Positions 46,621 to 57,089 are shown, numbered from the whole stretch's first letter. The stretch: 63,448 nucleotides of DNA, filler included, from Candidatus Woesearchaeota archaeon (GCA_018399355.1; 10 parts of 10 records of this genome joined end to end with filler, not necessarily neighbours in it), one strand, 5' to 3'. Notes: generated by a model from the sequence alone, not told the origin. Numbers and translations are program-made.

Positions 46621-49190
46621 CTTAGTTTATTTTTACGTTTTCTACTAGATTTACTAGCAGCAATTCCTTTGTATGTTATTTCAGATAGTTCTCCAACTGT
46701 ACTTATCCTTTTTTCTCGCTTTTCTATAAACTCTCCTTTCTTATTTTTTCTAAAATTACCTATGTTGAATTTCTGTCTAAATCTACCAAGAGAGCCTGTA
46801 TTAGATTTCTTTAATTTAAATGTAGCTGCAGAACTTGAACCAACTTTAAAGGCACCATAATTAATTGCTTCTTTTTTAGATAGAGGAGTAATGTTTGCTC
46901 TCTTAAATGTGCCTTTACTCCTAACAAAGACATTAAAACCTTGTTTTTTAACACTTGATTTCACCCTATTAAACATTGAACTTGTCGGTTTATAGGGTGT
47001 TTGTGTTCTTACAATAGGGTTTATTTTCCTAGGATTTGTAGTAGGTTGAGTTATATTCCTATTTTTCAATCTCTGGTTTAGTTTCTGTTTTATTTTCTGT
47101 GTTGGTGTTTGTCTCTGAATTGGTTTTTGAATAACTGAGTTATTCACTTCTTGGTTTATCTTTTGTGTGGGTATAACTGAATTTCTTTGTGAGCTTCGTT
47201 GGTTGTTTTTCTGGTTAGTTTTTATGCTTGTGCTTTGTGATACCCTTAAAGATAAAGAACTACCTTGAGAGGTTATATTTGAGCTTAGAGGTCTATTTAG
47301 TGGTTTTTGGTTAATAGAAGATACAGTCCTGCTCACCCTTGCAGGACTAATATCTGTGGCACCCTGGGGAGGGTTGGTTTCTTGGTTCGGTTGTTGGATG
47401 GCTAAAACCAAAGAATTTGAACTACTAGGGGCTGAATTTAGATTAAATAAAGATGATTGTTGAGATGTCGCTTTACTCACTGCTTTGTTTACTCCTTTTA
47501 CAGAACTTGCTTGAGCAGTTGGAACAGATACAGTCTCAGGAACAGTAACACTCTCAGAAAGCTGTGAGGTTTGTTGATTTCCTGTATTAGCTTTATTAGC
47601 TTGTTTAGTTCCTAGAGTAGATTTAGGCTTTACTTGTTTGCCACCCACTGAATATGGTTTTGTTGGTAAAGCATTAGGAGCTACATTGGAATATGAAAAG
47701 CTTACTGATTGTTTTCTTATATTGGTTGATTTAACTCTTGGTTGTGCCTTTTGTTGGGTTATAATGTTTTTGTTTCGTATATTTCCATAAGTGACCTGAT
47801 CAGGGAGTTTTTTTGGGTTACCAAAATCAACACGAGCTTTTAAAGTTTTCTTGCCCATATTATAAACCCCTTTATCTAAATTGGCTTCTAGATTAAGATT
47901 TCTTAAATTTTTATTTACTCTTGCAAATTGGTTGATGTTTTCTGCAAATACACCTTTATAATAGGCATTCTTCCCAGTTACTGAAAAGGATTGAACATTG
48001 CTTACTCTTTGTTGTGCTATCTTCCCACCTTTACCACTTGCACTTTTAGAAACTGCGCCACTTTCATAAGTGAATTTATTCACTAGCTGGTTTTGACCTG
48101 TATTTTTTGGAAGATTGAACTTTGTTGAAGATACTTGTTTACCTTTGTAAAATAAACTTCTAGCCCCTACTCCTGCTGATTGGTCCATAGTTAAGCTTAC
48201 TCTATAATTAGGGTTTTTATTAGAATAAATGTCCATTCTTGAAAGACTCTTTCCTGTTTGTGTATTAATAGTTACTTTGGAACTTTTGATAGTACCACGA
48301 GAACCAACATAATTAGGGCTTATATCTGATTGTTTTATTTTAGTAATAGGATCATAATAGTTTCTCCTAGTAGTTCCATCTTGTATTAAATTAAATTTAC
48401 CAGTTGCTTTACTTTTACCAGTGTTTATATTTGTTAGTTCGTTTTGTATCTGTTTAAATTTACGTGATGGAGAACGCACATTTAAAAATTCTTTAGGATT
48501 TTTCAAGAATATTTTATTGTTAAGCTTTGCATTCTTGAATGCTTGGGGTGCTTTTTTAGCCCCTGCAATCACCCCAGGTAAAGCAATAACTGTAAATTGT
48601 GCAGTAGATTGAGGGGTGAAACCTTTATCAACAACATTATAACCTGAACGGCCTACAAAATAACCATAAGCACCTTTTGCAGCAGTAACTCCAACTTTTC
48701 CAAGATACCCAAGAGAACCTGCACTAAGGCTTCCTAAAATTGCAAAGTTTTGCACATCTCTATCTAGATACAAAGGTTTAGAGGTACTTGTCTCTTTACT
48801 CAGTGTTTTAAATCCTTGATATGCTTTATTTAGTACAGGGCTTTGAGAATTAACAACATTTGCTGCTTTTTTTATGCTTTCTGATGGACTAAACAACCCT
48901 AATTTTTGGAATGGTTGCCTTATTACTTTAATTACACCTTTTCCAGGGCTTGAAAACATTTGACCAACTGTTTTTCCCAATGCAGAAACATACATACTCC
49001 CATAAGAGGGACTGTTAGTGGCTTTTAGTTCTGGTTTTGATTTAGCAACTAATTGTGGGCCATCAAAAGGATCTCTCTTATAATAACTTGTTTCACCATA
49101 GTTATTTTTTGATTCTGCAGGAAAAGCAGTGCTCTTTCCAAGATTAGGTGTTGATTGAAGTTTTTGTTTTTCTTTAGTTCTTCTAATACA
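46611..49190 (-). CDS. Giant basic low-complexity protein, 5'-truncated
   Basis: Frame is open upstream of 48995 to the contig edge; K/N/Q/S-rich with few acidic residues. Confidence 0.8.
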   Translation of the reverse strand, partial: CIRRTKEKQKLQSTPNLGKSTAFPAESKNNYGETSYYKRDPFDGPQLVAKSKPELKATNSPSYGSMYVSALGKTVGQMFSSPGKGVIKVIRQPFQKLGLFSPSESIKKAANVVNSQSPVLNKAYQGFKTLSKETSTSKPLYLDRDVQNFAILGSLSAGSLGYLGKVGVTAAKGAYGYFVGRSGYNVVDKGFTPQSTAQFTVIALPGVIAGAKKAPQAFKNAKLNNKIFLKNPKEFLNVRSPSRKFKQIQNELTNINTGKSKATGKFNLIQDGTTRRNYYDPITKIKQSDISPNYVGSRGTIKSSKVTINTQTGKSLSRMDIYSNKNPNYRVSLTMDQSAGVGARSLFYKGKQVSSTKFNLPKNTGQNQLVNKFTYESGAVSKSASGKGGKIAQQRVSNVQSFSVTGKNAYYKGVFAENINQFARVNKNLRNLNLEANLDKGVYNMGKKTLKARVDFGNPKKLPDQVTYGNIRNKNIITQQKAQPRVKSTNIRKQSVSFSYSNVAPNALPTKPYSVGGKQVKPKSTLGTKQANKANTGNQQTSQLSESVTVPETVSVPTAQASSVKGVNKAVSKATSQQSSLFNLNSAPSSSNSLVLAIQQPNQETNPPQGATDISPARVSRTVSSINQKPLNRPLSSNITSQGSSLSLRVSQSTSIKTNQKNNQRSSQRNSVIPTQKINQEVNNSVIQKPIQRQTPTQKIKQKLNQRLKNRNITQPTTNPRKINPIVRTQTPYKPTSSMFNRVKSSVKKQGFNVFVRSKGTFKRANITPLSKKEAINYGAFKVGSSSAATFKLKKSNTGSLGRFRQKFNIGNFRKNKKGEFIEKREKRISTVGELSEITYKGIAASKSSRKRKNKLRWF

Positions 49191-49293
49191 ANNNNNNNNN
49201 NNNNNNNNNNNNNNNNNNNNNNNNNNNNNNNNNNNTTAATTAATTAANNNNNNNNNNNNNNNNNNNNNNNNNNNNNNNNNNNNNNNNNNNNGT

Positions 49294-49623
49294 AGAAAAG
49301 CTTATGAGAAAGAAAGGCTTAAAATAGCAAGAAATGTTGGAAAACAAAAAGCTAGACCTTTTTCAGAAAAAGTAAGTTCTTTTGCTTCTAAAGTTACACC
49401 ACCACAATCTCAAGGTAGAAGACCAGCACAACCAGATAACTTCTTTGCTATGCCTTCTTCATTTGGACAGCAATCTTCTGGAAGTATCTCACAACCTTCA
49501 GGAATAATAGGTGGAAGCTTATTTGGACAACCAGCTCCACAGAGAAAACCTGTTAGAAGGAAGAGAAAGAAAAAGAAATCTGGTTATGTTATTCGTGGAG
49601 GAAAAGCTTATAGAATAGCTTAA
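49294..49623 (+). CDS. Basic protein, 5'-truncated
   Basis: Not in ORF track; reads RKAYEKERLKIARNVGKQKA...RRKRKKKKSGYVIRGGKAYRIA*. Confidence 0.7.
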   Translation, partial: RKAYEKERLKIARNVGKQKARPFSEKVSSFASKVTPPQSQGRRPAQPDNFFAMPSSFGQQSSGSISQPSGIIGGSLFGQPAPQRKPVRRKRKKKKSGYVIRGGKAYRIA

Positions 49624-49630
49624 ATTTTGA

Positions 49631-52135
49631 ATGGCAACAAAAATTGAAGAACAAGTGGGGCTCCAATCTGCAACAGAAAGAAGGGCAGGAAAACTTGGAC
49701 AACAAGTAGGAATAAAACCAACAGTTGCAGCAGTTCAAAGAAGAGAGGAAGCAATTAGAAAAGCAAAAGAAGAAGCTGAAAGAAAAAGAAAAGAACTTGA
49801 AAAAACAAAAGAATCTTTATCTGGAAAATCATTAGCAGATTATTCTACTGCTTATTCAGAACTTCCAGAATGGAAAAAAGAATTTTTTATTACTCCAGAA
49901 AAAGCAAGGGAAGATCAACAAGCAAAAATTCAAGAAACAAGGGAAAAACTTAGAGTAGAAGCAAAAGAAGCACAACAAAAGTATGAACAAAAGAAAGGTT
50001 ATTGGGATAAAAAAATAGATAGATATTATGATGATTTAAAAGAAGCAAAAAAAGAAGGAAAAGAAAGGAGTGTTGAAAGATATGAGAGATATATTAAGAG
50101 AGCAAAAATTCGAGAAACAGAAGATTTAGAATATTATAGTAAATATGTTCGAGAATTAAATAAAATGATTGGAAGAGTTTCTATGGATTCTCCTTATTCT
50201 TTTAGTAATGTTAAAAGTTATGCTCGTGATGTTGCTAGATCAGAATCAAGGAAAGAAGGACAAGAAACAAAATTAGAATTAGAGGGATATTCTCAAGTTG
50301 GATGGGGAACTGGAAAGTGGGTAAAGCCAGAGGAAGTGGGATTAGATCCAAAAAGTGTAGGAACAAGAATCACAAAAGAGGAACTTGCAAAAGAGGGGAT
50401 TAAATATAAAAGCGGAGAGTTTTATAAAGAAGTAGAAGTTCCATCAACAACTCCAAAAATAGAACCACAAAAAGATATTGAATTATTAACTCCTAAAGAT
50501 TTTGGAAGAGTAAAAGAATATTTTCCAGAAACAAAACTTCAAACTCCTGAAACAGAATTTACTCAAAGTTGGGAAGCAAAAACTTTTGGAGAGAAGATTA
50601 AAACAGTTACAGATCCTATAAAAACAGGAGCAACAAAAGTGATGGAAGCATCTCCTTTTAATCCAGAATATTATTTTGAACCAACCCAAGTTAAAGTAAC
50701 AGGGGAATTTGGGAAAGTAACAAGAATTGAAGGATTTAAAGAACCTGCTCCAACACCAACTTCTTATTTTGCAGCAACAGCACCAATGGCTTTTGGGGCG
50801 ACTCCAAGAACTGTTTTTTATCAACCAGCATTTGCGAAAGGAATTGCTATAAAGGAAGCAAGATTTCAAATAGAAGATTTAGGAAAACAAAAAGTAAGAA
50901 GTGCTTCAATAGCTGAAAAATCTACAGGAAAAGTAGAAATTAGAGGTATTCAAACTTATAAAGAATTGCAAAGAGAGATATTTTTAAAAGGATCTTTACA
51001 AAAAACAGAATCTGGAAAAATACTTTTACCTTCTTCGAAAGGATTTTATACTATAAGTGGAACAGTTAAAGGAGGAGGGAAAGCCTTTCCAGTAACAGGT
51101 GGAGGGCTTTTTGAAGCCGGAGCAAAAACAACCTCAAAATATTTTGGGTCTATGGGAGATATTCAAGTTTTTTTACAAAAAACTTCAAGCACAACAATTC
51201 CTCAAATTCAAACTTATGGAGTTGGAACTTCAAGAATTTCTTTTGTAAGACAATTAAAAAGAAATTTAGTTACAACCGCACCAACAACTAAAGAATTTTC
51301 AACAGCATTAAGTTTTAAATTACCTAAACCTACTAAAGGTTTTTCTGAACAGTATATTTCTTTTTCTCCAAGGACTACAGAGGTAACTTATGTAATTGGA
51401 GCACCTCCAAAAAGTTATGGAATAACTCCAACTACAATAACAAAAACTCCTTTTTCAAAAACATTTGGAACAACTCAACAAGTAACAACAGGACAATTAG
51501 GATTTACTCCTTCTCCAAAAATAATAGTTCCTTCTCCAAAACTGACCTCAACTTCTCTAGTTCCTAAAGTTATAACTCCAACAACCACTGCTATTGCTCC
51601 TCCAACACTTAAAACTTCCTTAAAAGAAGAAACAAAACAGATAGGAATACCAAAATTAAAAACAGTTGGAACCACAAAAACAACTACTTTATTAAAAAAT
51701 ATTCAGGGAGTTAAAGGAATATCTTCTTTAAGAACAATACAACCTTCTGCAACAATTCAAAAACCAAGAGAGGTTCAGCAAACAAAAGTTACTCAGATCT
51801 CCACTCAAAAACAAATTTCTCAAGGAAGATATGGTTCCGCCATTATTCCTCTTCCAACTCCAAGAATTGATTTAGGAAAGGGGGGATTGGGAGGAGGAAG
51901 AATAATTCCCCCACCACCATTTTCTTTTAAAACACCAAAAAGATTTCTTCCACGAATTAAAACTCCAATAAAAAGAAGAGGAACAAGAGTTACAAGAAAA
52001 CCTTCTTTAGTTGCATTAGGACAACAGATTAAAGCTCCAAGAATTGAATCTTCAACAAGAGAAGCAACAGGTTTAGTAATTAGGCCTATTGTTGAACGAA
52101 AAAAGAAAAAGAAAAAAGGAGAGTGGTTAATATAA
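49631..52135 (+). CDS. Giant protein: N-terminal coiled coil, C-terminal basic T/P/K-rich region
   Basis: 834 aa ORF. Confidence 0.85.
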   Translation: MATKIEEQVGLQSATERRAGKLGQQVGIKPTVAAVQRREEAIRKAKEEAERKRKELEKTKESLSGKSLADYSTAYSELPEWKKEFFITPEKAREDQQAKIQETREKLRVEAKEAQQKYEQKKGYWDKKIDRYYDDLKEAKKEGKERSVERYERYIKRAKIRETEDLEYYSKYVRELNKMIGRVSMDSPYSFSNVKSYARDVARSESRKEGQETKLELEGYSQVGWGTGKWVKPEEVGLDPKSVGTRITKEELAKEGIKYKSGEFYKEVEVPSTTPKIEPQKDIELLTPKDFGRVKEYFPETKLQTPETEFTQSWEAKTFGEKIKTVTDPIKTGATKVMEASPFNPEYYFEPTQVKVTGEFGKVTRIEGFKEPAPTPTSYFAATAPMAFGATPRTVFYQPAFAKGIAIKEARFQIEDLGKQKVRSASIAEKSTGKVEIRGIQTYKELQREIFLKGSLQKTESGKILLPSSKGFYTISGTVKGGGKAFPVTGGGLFEAGAKTTSKYFGSMGDIQVFLQKTSSTTIPQIQTYGVGTSRISFVRQLKRNLVTTAPTTKEFSTALSFKLPKPTKGFSEQYISFSPRTTEVTYVIGAPPKSYGITPTTITKTPFSKTFGTTQQVTTGQLGFTPSPKIIVPSPKLTSTSLVPKVITPTTTAIAPPTLKTSLKEETKQIGIPKLKTVGTTKTTTLLKNIQGVKGISSLRTIQPSATIQKPREVQQTKVTQISTQKQISQGRYGSAIIPLPTPRIDLGKGGLGGGRIIPPPPFSFKTPKRFLPRIKTPIKRRGTRVTRKPSLVALGQQIKAPRIESSTREATGLVIRPIVERKKKKKKGEWLI

Positions 52136-52287
52136 TGGGAAGAAAAAGAAGAATTCCAACAAAGGTTTTAAGTGCAAGAATTCCAAGAAGTGATTATGAA
52201 AAAATAAAACAATATGCTTTAAGATCTGGAAAATCTATTTCTGAAATATGGAGAGAATTAATTTTATCGGGGAGGTATAAAGTATGA
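52135..52287 (+). CDS. RHH (CopG/Arc-like) DNA-binding protein, 50 aa
   Basis: Not in ORF track; VLSARIP-RSDYEKIKQYA-GKSISEIWRELI; overlaps both neighbours. Confidence 0.75.
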   Translation: MGRKRRIPTKVLSARIPRSDYEKIKQYALRSGKSISEIWRELILSGRYKV

Positions 52288-52787
52288 ATAAAAAGGGAGA
52301 TTTTACAGGATCAATTTATATTATTGTTTCAATTGCCGCATTAGCAATAGTTCTTCTTATTGGAGGATATATTGCAAATGAAGTTTCTACAGAATTAAAA
52401 GATAAAATTTCAAGTGATGAAGCAGAAGTTAATAGAAGTTTTGATGCTACAATAAATGTTGCAAATAATACTCTTCCAGCTGTATGGTATGTTGTGTTTG
52501 CTGTCCTTTTACTTGGGTTATTTATTACTGCATGGTATATGCCGACACATCCAATCTTTGTTGCTCCTTTTATAATTTTATTAATTATTTCTGTAATGTT
52601 GGGGGTTGCATTTAGTAATGCTTATGAAGAATTATATGGCTTTTCAACATTTTCAGATATGGCGGATAATCAAACAAGTATAAATTTCATAATGGGAAAA
52701 CTCCCTCTTGTTGCTTTAGTAGTTGGAATTATTGCATTAGTTATTACATTTGCAAAACCTGGAGGAAATAATGCTCCAGTAGCATAG
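52284..52787 (+). CDS. 4-TM membrane protein with class III signal-like leader
   Basis: MNKKG plus hydrophobic helix; sequons NRS, NNT, NQT; GGAGGT SD. Confidence 0.8.
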   Translation: MNKKGDFTGSIYIIVSIAALAIVLLIGGYIANEVSTELKDKISSDEAEVNRSFDATINVANNTLPAVWYVVFAVLLLGLFITAWYMPTHPIFVAPFIILLIISVMLGVAFSNAYEELYGFSTFSDMADNQTSINFIMGKLPLVALVVGIIALVITFAKPGGNNAPVA

Positions 52788-52937
52788 AATAAAAAATGGA
52801 AAAAATAGATAATAATTTGAAAAAAAACTCTTCATATNNNNNNNNNNNNNNNNNNNNNNNNNNNNNNNNNNNNNNNNNNNNTTAATTAATTAANNNNNNN
52901 NNNNNNNNNNNNNNNNNNNNNNNNNNNNNNNNNNNNN

Positions 52938-53503
52938 AGTATATCAAAAAGAACCTTATATCCCTTCATTTCAAATTTTTCTCGTTTTATATTTGTTATT
53001 ATTTCTCTTCTTATTCCAAAAAACCCTGAGAGAATATCCTTGCAGTTTGCTCCTTTAATAAATAATCTTGTTTTTCCTAATGTTGTTGCTATTTTTGAAA
53101 TTACTCTTCTTTCAATTGACCAATCAAAAACTTTTTTTCTTGCTCCCACCACTATATCACAATCTTTTCTTAATTCCTTGACTATTTCTTTTATTTTTTC
53201 AGGAGGATGCTGCAAATCCCCATCAATTACAACAATATATTCTGTTTTTGCTTTTTTTGCAGCATCATAAACGCTTGCAGTAAGACCATGAATTTTTTCT
53301 TTTGAACGGTCTAGAAGGATTATATCTTTGTTTTTTTTAGCCCGTCTTTTTACAATTTCCTGTGTTTTGTCTTTTGAGCCATCATCAGAAACAATTATCT
53401 TTATCCCAGGATAATTTTCTTTAATAAGATTTAAAAGCTCAAGTATGTTATTCTGCTCATTTAAAGTAGGAATTATAATTGTTATGTCATTGTATTTTTC
53501 CAT
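52938..53503 (-). CDS. GT2 polyprenol-phosphate glycosyltransferase (Dpm1-like), 3'-truncated
   Basis: IIPTLNE, DDGSKD, DGDLQHPPE, DILSGFF. Confidence 0.92.
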
Positions 53504-53504
53504 T

Positions 53505-54695
53505 TTATTTTTTCAGTTTTTTAAAGTAGATAAAGACATTGAATACTATGAGAGTTATAACAAGGAATATCAGTATATATATTGCTTTCATTATCTCAGG
53601 GCTTTCGCCTTCTTTTATCCCAATTACATGTCCTGCTAATGATGCCTTTATCTTGTCATAGTCAACCATTATGTCAAAGATTTTTTCAGTTTTTCTTCCA
53701 AGATAATTCAACTCAACATTAAGTTTGTATGAACCTGGAGTTACTTTTGCAGTGTCCCAGTATGCGTTAAGCTCTTGGCTGTTAAAAGAAGGGATATCTA
53801 CCGAGGCAGTTTTAAATTGAGTGTAAGTTTTTCCTTTTTCATCTTTAACAGATGTTTCAGCAAAAACATTAGGGATATCCTCATTCCAGTTGTTTTCAAC
53901 TATTATGTCAAATTTTGCTATTCCTCCTAGTTTGAAACTATCAACTGTTATTGAAAGAATATCCAGAGTTAATGTTCCTACTGTGAATGGCTTTTCATCC
54001 TGTGTGTTTAAGTTATCATACATCAATGTTGCAACTGCCCTGTAATTTCCAGAATTAACATTCGGAATCCAGTTTGCTATTAATATTTCTTTTCCTTTTG
54101 ATGCTATTTCAGCTCTGTTGCTGGTGACTGTTGCCACTTTGTTATTTGAAGGGTCATATATATTTATTATAGCATATGCTTCAATTATATCCTCTGTTCC
54201 AAGGTTTTTTACTTCAACAGCAAAATTTGACTGCTCATTCTGCTTGAAATTTGTCACAAAAAGCTTTATTTCTGCATACTTTCCTTTGTAGGGGATAGTT
54301 ACCTTAAGTTTTGAGGCAACAGCTAGGTTTGCTGAAAAGCTTGTTTCTCCTTTGCTTTCTTCAGGTATTTCTACTGCAACAACCTTTGCTTCATGAACCC
54401 CCTGTCTTTCAAAATTAGAAGGAAGATTTAAATTATAATTTATTATCTTAAATTCTTCATCTTTTGCAATACTTATTTTTGGGTTGTTTATTGTTATATA
54501 TTGCGCAAGATCTCCTTCTGCATAAATTATTACATCCATATCCTTATTTGCATTGTTCATTATCTTTAGCTGGAAGCTTTTTTCAAGGTTTGGCTGAAAC
54601 ACCACATCATAATGACTAGGAGCTATTCCTATTGCATAACATTGATTAGCAAAAAGTGCAATCAATATCATTATTAGTATTATTTTTATTTTCAT
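53505..54695 (-). CDS. Exported Ig-like multi-domain protein with C-terminal TM anchor
   Basis: Signal peptide, three beta-sandwich-like units (VKNLG, VENNW, GxY), C-terminal TM. Confidence 0.75.
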   Translation of the reverse strand: MKIKIILIMILIALFANQCYAIGIAPSHYDVVFQPNLEKSFQLKIMNNANKDMDVIIYAEGDLAQYITINNPKISIAKDEEFKIINYNLNLPSNFERQGVHEAKVVAVEIPEESKGETSFSANLAVASKLKVTIPYKGKYAEIKLFVTNFKQNEQSNFAVEVKNLGTEDIIEAYAIINIYDPSNNKVATVTSNRAEIASKGKEILIANWIPNVNSGNYRAVATLMYDNLNTQDEKPFTVGTLTLDILSITVDSFKLGGIAKFDIIVENNWNEDIPNVFAETSVKDEKGKTYTQFKTASVDIPSFNSQELNAYWDTAKVTPGSYKLNVELNYLGRKTEKIFDIMVDYDKIKASLAGHVIGIKEGESPEIMKAIYILIFLVITLIVFNVFIYFKKLKK

Positions 54696-56269
54696 TGTTG
54701 CTCCTCGCCGTAAAAAGTTATATTTGCTGATTTGGATGTTGGTGGTTCATCTGATGGGACTTCAACCCGTATGTCAATCCTTGCTAAATCATTTTCATCA
54801 TTTCTCTTTAATGTGTCAATTATTTTTTTGTATATATTTGACATATCTGCCCATGTTGTCTGGGATTCTTCCCAATTAAATGAGTTTTCTTCTGTTGAGT
54901 TAGCTGCTTTGAATTGGAAATAAGAAGTGTTAAGATGTGCAGATTCACTTGACCATAAAGGAGTTGACATTACTGAAACATTTGCATCAACATTTCCATC
55001 ATTTTCAAGAAGCAATGCAGGAGGCTCATTGTTGGTTGTGTCATTAACTTCAAGAATTACCATTGATCCAAAGTTTATAGAATCTTCTCTCAATATCAAG
55101 GAAACAGATGGAACTAAAGTGAAATTCCATATCTCTGACCAGTTCCCATATTCCTCTGAATCATTTGCCCTTACTCTCCAATAATATGTTGTGAAGTCAA
55201 GCTCTGAAGGCTGTATATAAAAATTATCTGTAATCCCAGTTTCATTTATTGTATTATCATTCATATCTTCTGTTAAGCTTACATGCAGATGATATGTTAT
55301 GTCATCATTATCCTCATCTGTTGCTTCAGTCCAGTTGAACCTTGGAGTCCTGTTTGTGAATAAGCTGTCGTTGTTTTCAGGATAAGATAAGTTTACTGTT
55401 GATGGAGGGCTGTTTAAAACAGTAACCTCTGTTGTATTTTCTTTTGTTGTGTTTTCAGTTCCATCACCTGCCCAGAATTCTGCAATCAAGGTTGCTCCTT
55501 TATTGAATTCTGAATTTGAAAGATTTGCAACATTAGTATTTGTTCCATTATTGACTGTAAGGGGAAGAGTAGATCCAGAGGAAGTTCCATTTACATAAAA
55601 TTGAGTGTATGTTGTTATTGTGTCTTCTTCATCAGGGTCAGTAACAGTAAGGTTAAGCATCCAGTCAGTGTTTGTATAGACATTATCTGGTTTTGTAACA
55701 TTTGCTGTTATTGTTGGGGCAGTGTTTGCAGCAGTTATATTGCAGCATATCTTTGTTGTGTAATCAGTGCAGTTTCCAACATGAGCGTTTGTGCTGCCTG
55801 ATACAGATGCTATGCATGTATCATAATTATTACAGCTAGTTTCATAACTGCAGTTAAATAAACCGTCGCTGCTGTTAATACATACAGTAAAATCATTGTA
55901 GTTGGATTCATTATTCAGTTCCACATGAGCGTTTGTCTGGTTTGAAAGATGTAATAATGTAAAATGCTCTCCTGTGCAGCTTGTTCCAATATTTAATCCA
56001 TTTGTATCGTTGCAGCAGATTTCATATGCATAGTTTGAGTTATTGCTTAATTCAGCATGAGCATTAGTTTTGTTTGAAATATGAAAAATATCTGTGTTGT
56101 TGCAGTTTGTAACAACCTCACATAACAGGGCAGTGTCTACAACATAAGAGGAAATAAAAAATATTAAGATGAAGAAAATAAAAAAACTTAGGGCATTGCC
56201 TCTTTTGTTCAAGATTGTTCTTTTTTTCCTTACTTTTATCTTTTTTTCCATCATCTTTCTACCAATCAT
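54692..56269 (-). CDS. Secreted surface glycoprotein: Cys-rich S(N/G)xTNAH repeats plus Ig/FN3-like domains
   Basis: Three TNAH repeats with CC motifs; TYYWRVRAND; many N-x-S/T sequons. Confidence 0.75.
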   Translation of the reverse strand: MIGRKMMEKKIKVRKKRTILNKRGNALSFFIFFILIFFISSYVVDTALLCEVVTNCNNTDIFHISNKTNAHAELSNNSNYAYEICCNDTNGLNIGTSCTGEHFTLLHLSNQTNAHVELNNESNYNDFTVCINSSDGLFNCSYETSCNNYDTCIASVSGSTNAHVGNCTDYTTKICCNITAANTAPTITANVTKPDNVYTNTDWMLNLTVTDPDEEDTITTYTQFYVNGTSSGSTLPLTVNNGTNTNVANLSNSEFNKGATLIAEFWAGDGTENTTKENTTEVTVLNSPPSTVNLSYPENNDSLFTNRTPRFNWTEATDEDNDDITYHLHVSLTEDMNDNTINETGITDNFYIQPSELDFTTYYWRVRANDSEEYGNWSEIWNFTLVPSVSLILREDSINFGSMVILEVNDTTNNEPPALLLENDGNVDANVSVMSTPLWSSESAHLNTSYFQFKAANSTEENSFNWEESQTTWADMSNIYKKIIDTLKRNDENDLARIDIRVEVPSDEPPTSKSANITFYGEEQQ

Positions 56270-56343
56270 TTGTTATTTCACTCTTAATGATTAAATTGAA
56301 TTTTTTTAATTTTTATGATACAGATTAGATATATTCATTAATA

Positions 56344-56468
56344 TCATCCCCCAATCCTCACCAACCCTTTGTTATAGTCTTGTTTAATCTGCTCAGCAGT
56401 CCTTGCATAATTATAAACACGGACATCGTCGATGGTGCCGTTGAACCTATCTGCGTAATCAAAAGAGA
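56344..56468 (-). CDS. C-terminus of a LamG-domain protein
   Basis: Not in ORF track; reads FNGTIDDVRVYNYARTAEQIKQDYNKG. Confidence 0.75.
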
Positions 56469-56568
56469 NNNNNNNNNNNNNNNNNNNNNNNNNNNNNNNN
56501 NNNNNNNNNNNNTTAATTAATTAANNNNNNNNNNNNNNNNNNNNNNNNNNNNNNNNNNNNNNNNNNNN

Positions 56569-56705
56569 TAAATTGCATTTAAACACCTCAACTCATAGCT
56601 TATCTGTTCTAACTCCCTTTTTATATTTTCCAATGAATCAGTTAAATCAATAGAAAAATCATTTATGCTTTCTGCTAAATCCTTTAAACTTGCCTTATCA
56701 TCCAT
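56569..56705 (-). CDS. Small coiled-coil protein, 3'-truncated
   Basis: AGGAGGT SD upstream. Confidence 0.55.
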
Positions 56706-56745
56706 ATTTAACCTCCTAAAAGGAAAATAAAAAGTGGTTTCCCAC

Positions 56746-57048
56746 TTATTTATTTACTTTCAAAACAATAGATTTTTTTCCTTGTGTTCTCTCTGAAACT
56801 TCTGTATCCAATGTTATCTCTGAACCGATCCATTTATCAGTTTCATTTCCCAATGCCTCAACTAAATTCTGTAAGCTCATAGCATTAAGAAATACTTGTT
56901 GTCCTGTTTCAAGAACTGCAATCCTCTTATCTCCATACTTTGTTTTTACTGATTTGACATCTGTTATCCTCGTGTCTATTGCTTTCTCTATATCTGCTGG
57001 TTTTAGAGTATCTGTAAATAAATACTCTGATTTGTCTATTTCTACCAT
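56746..57048 (-). CDS. Possible OB-fold ssDNA-binding protein
   Basis: Beta-rich, 100 aa, TKYG..., LN....NL.EALG.ETDKWIG; close to the primase. Confidence 0.45.
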   Translation of the reverse strand: MVEIDKSEYLFTDTLKPADIEKAIDTRITDVKSVKTKYGDKRIAVLETGQQVFLNAMSLQNLVEALGNETDKWIGSEITLDTEVSERTQGKKSIVLKVNK

Positions 57049-57089
57049 CTTATTTCCTCCCTCACTTGTTTTTTTTGGTTATGTGAGTA

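Larger units (their letters stand above)
45597..49191. mobile_element. Virus-like contig (giant basic protein, small basic protein, hairpin protein, LVIVD protein)
   Basis: Gene types parallel those of 49292-52837; no cellular genes. Confidence 0.6.
49292..52837. mobile_element. Virus-like contig (basic protein, giant basic protein, RHH, 4-TM protein)
   Basis: Co-oriented overlapping genes; no cellular genes. Confidence 0.6.
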
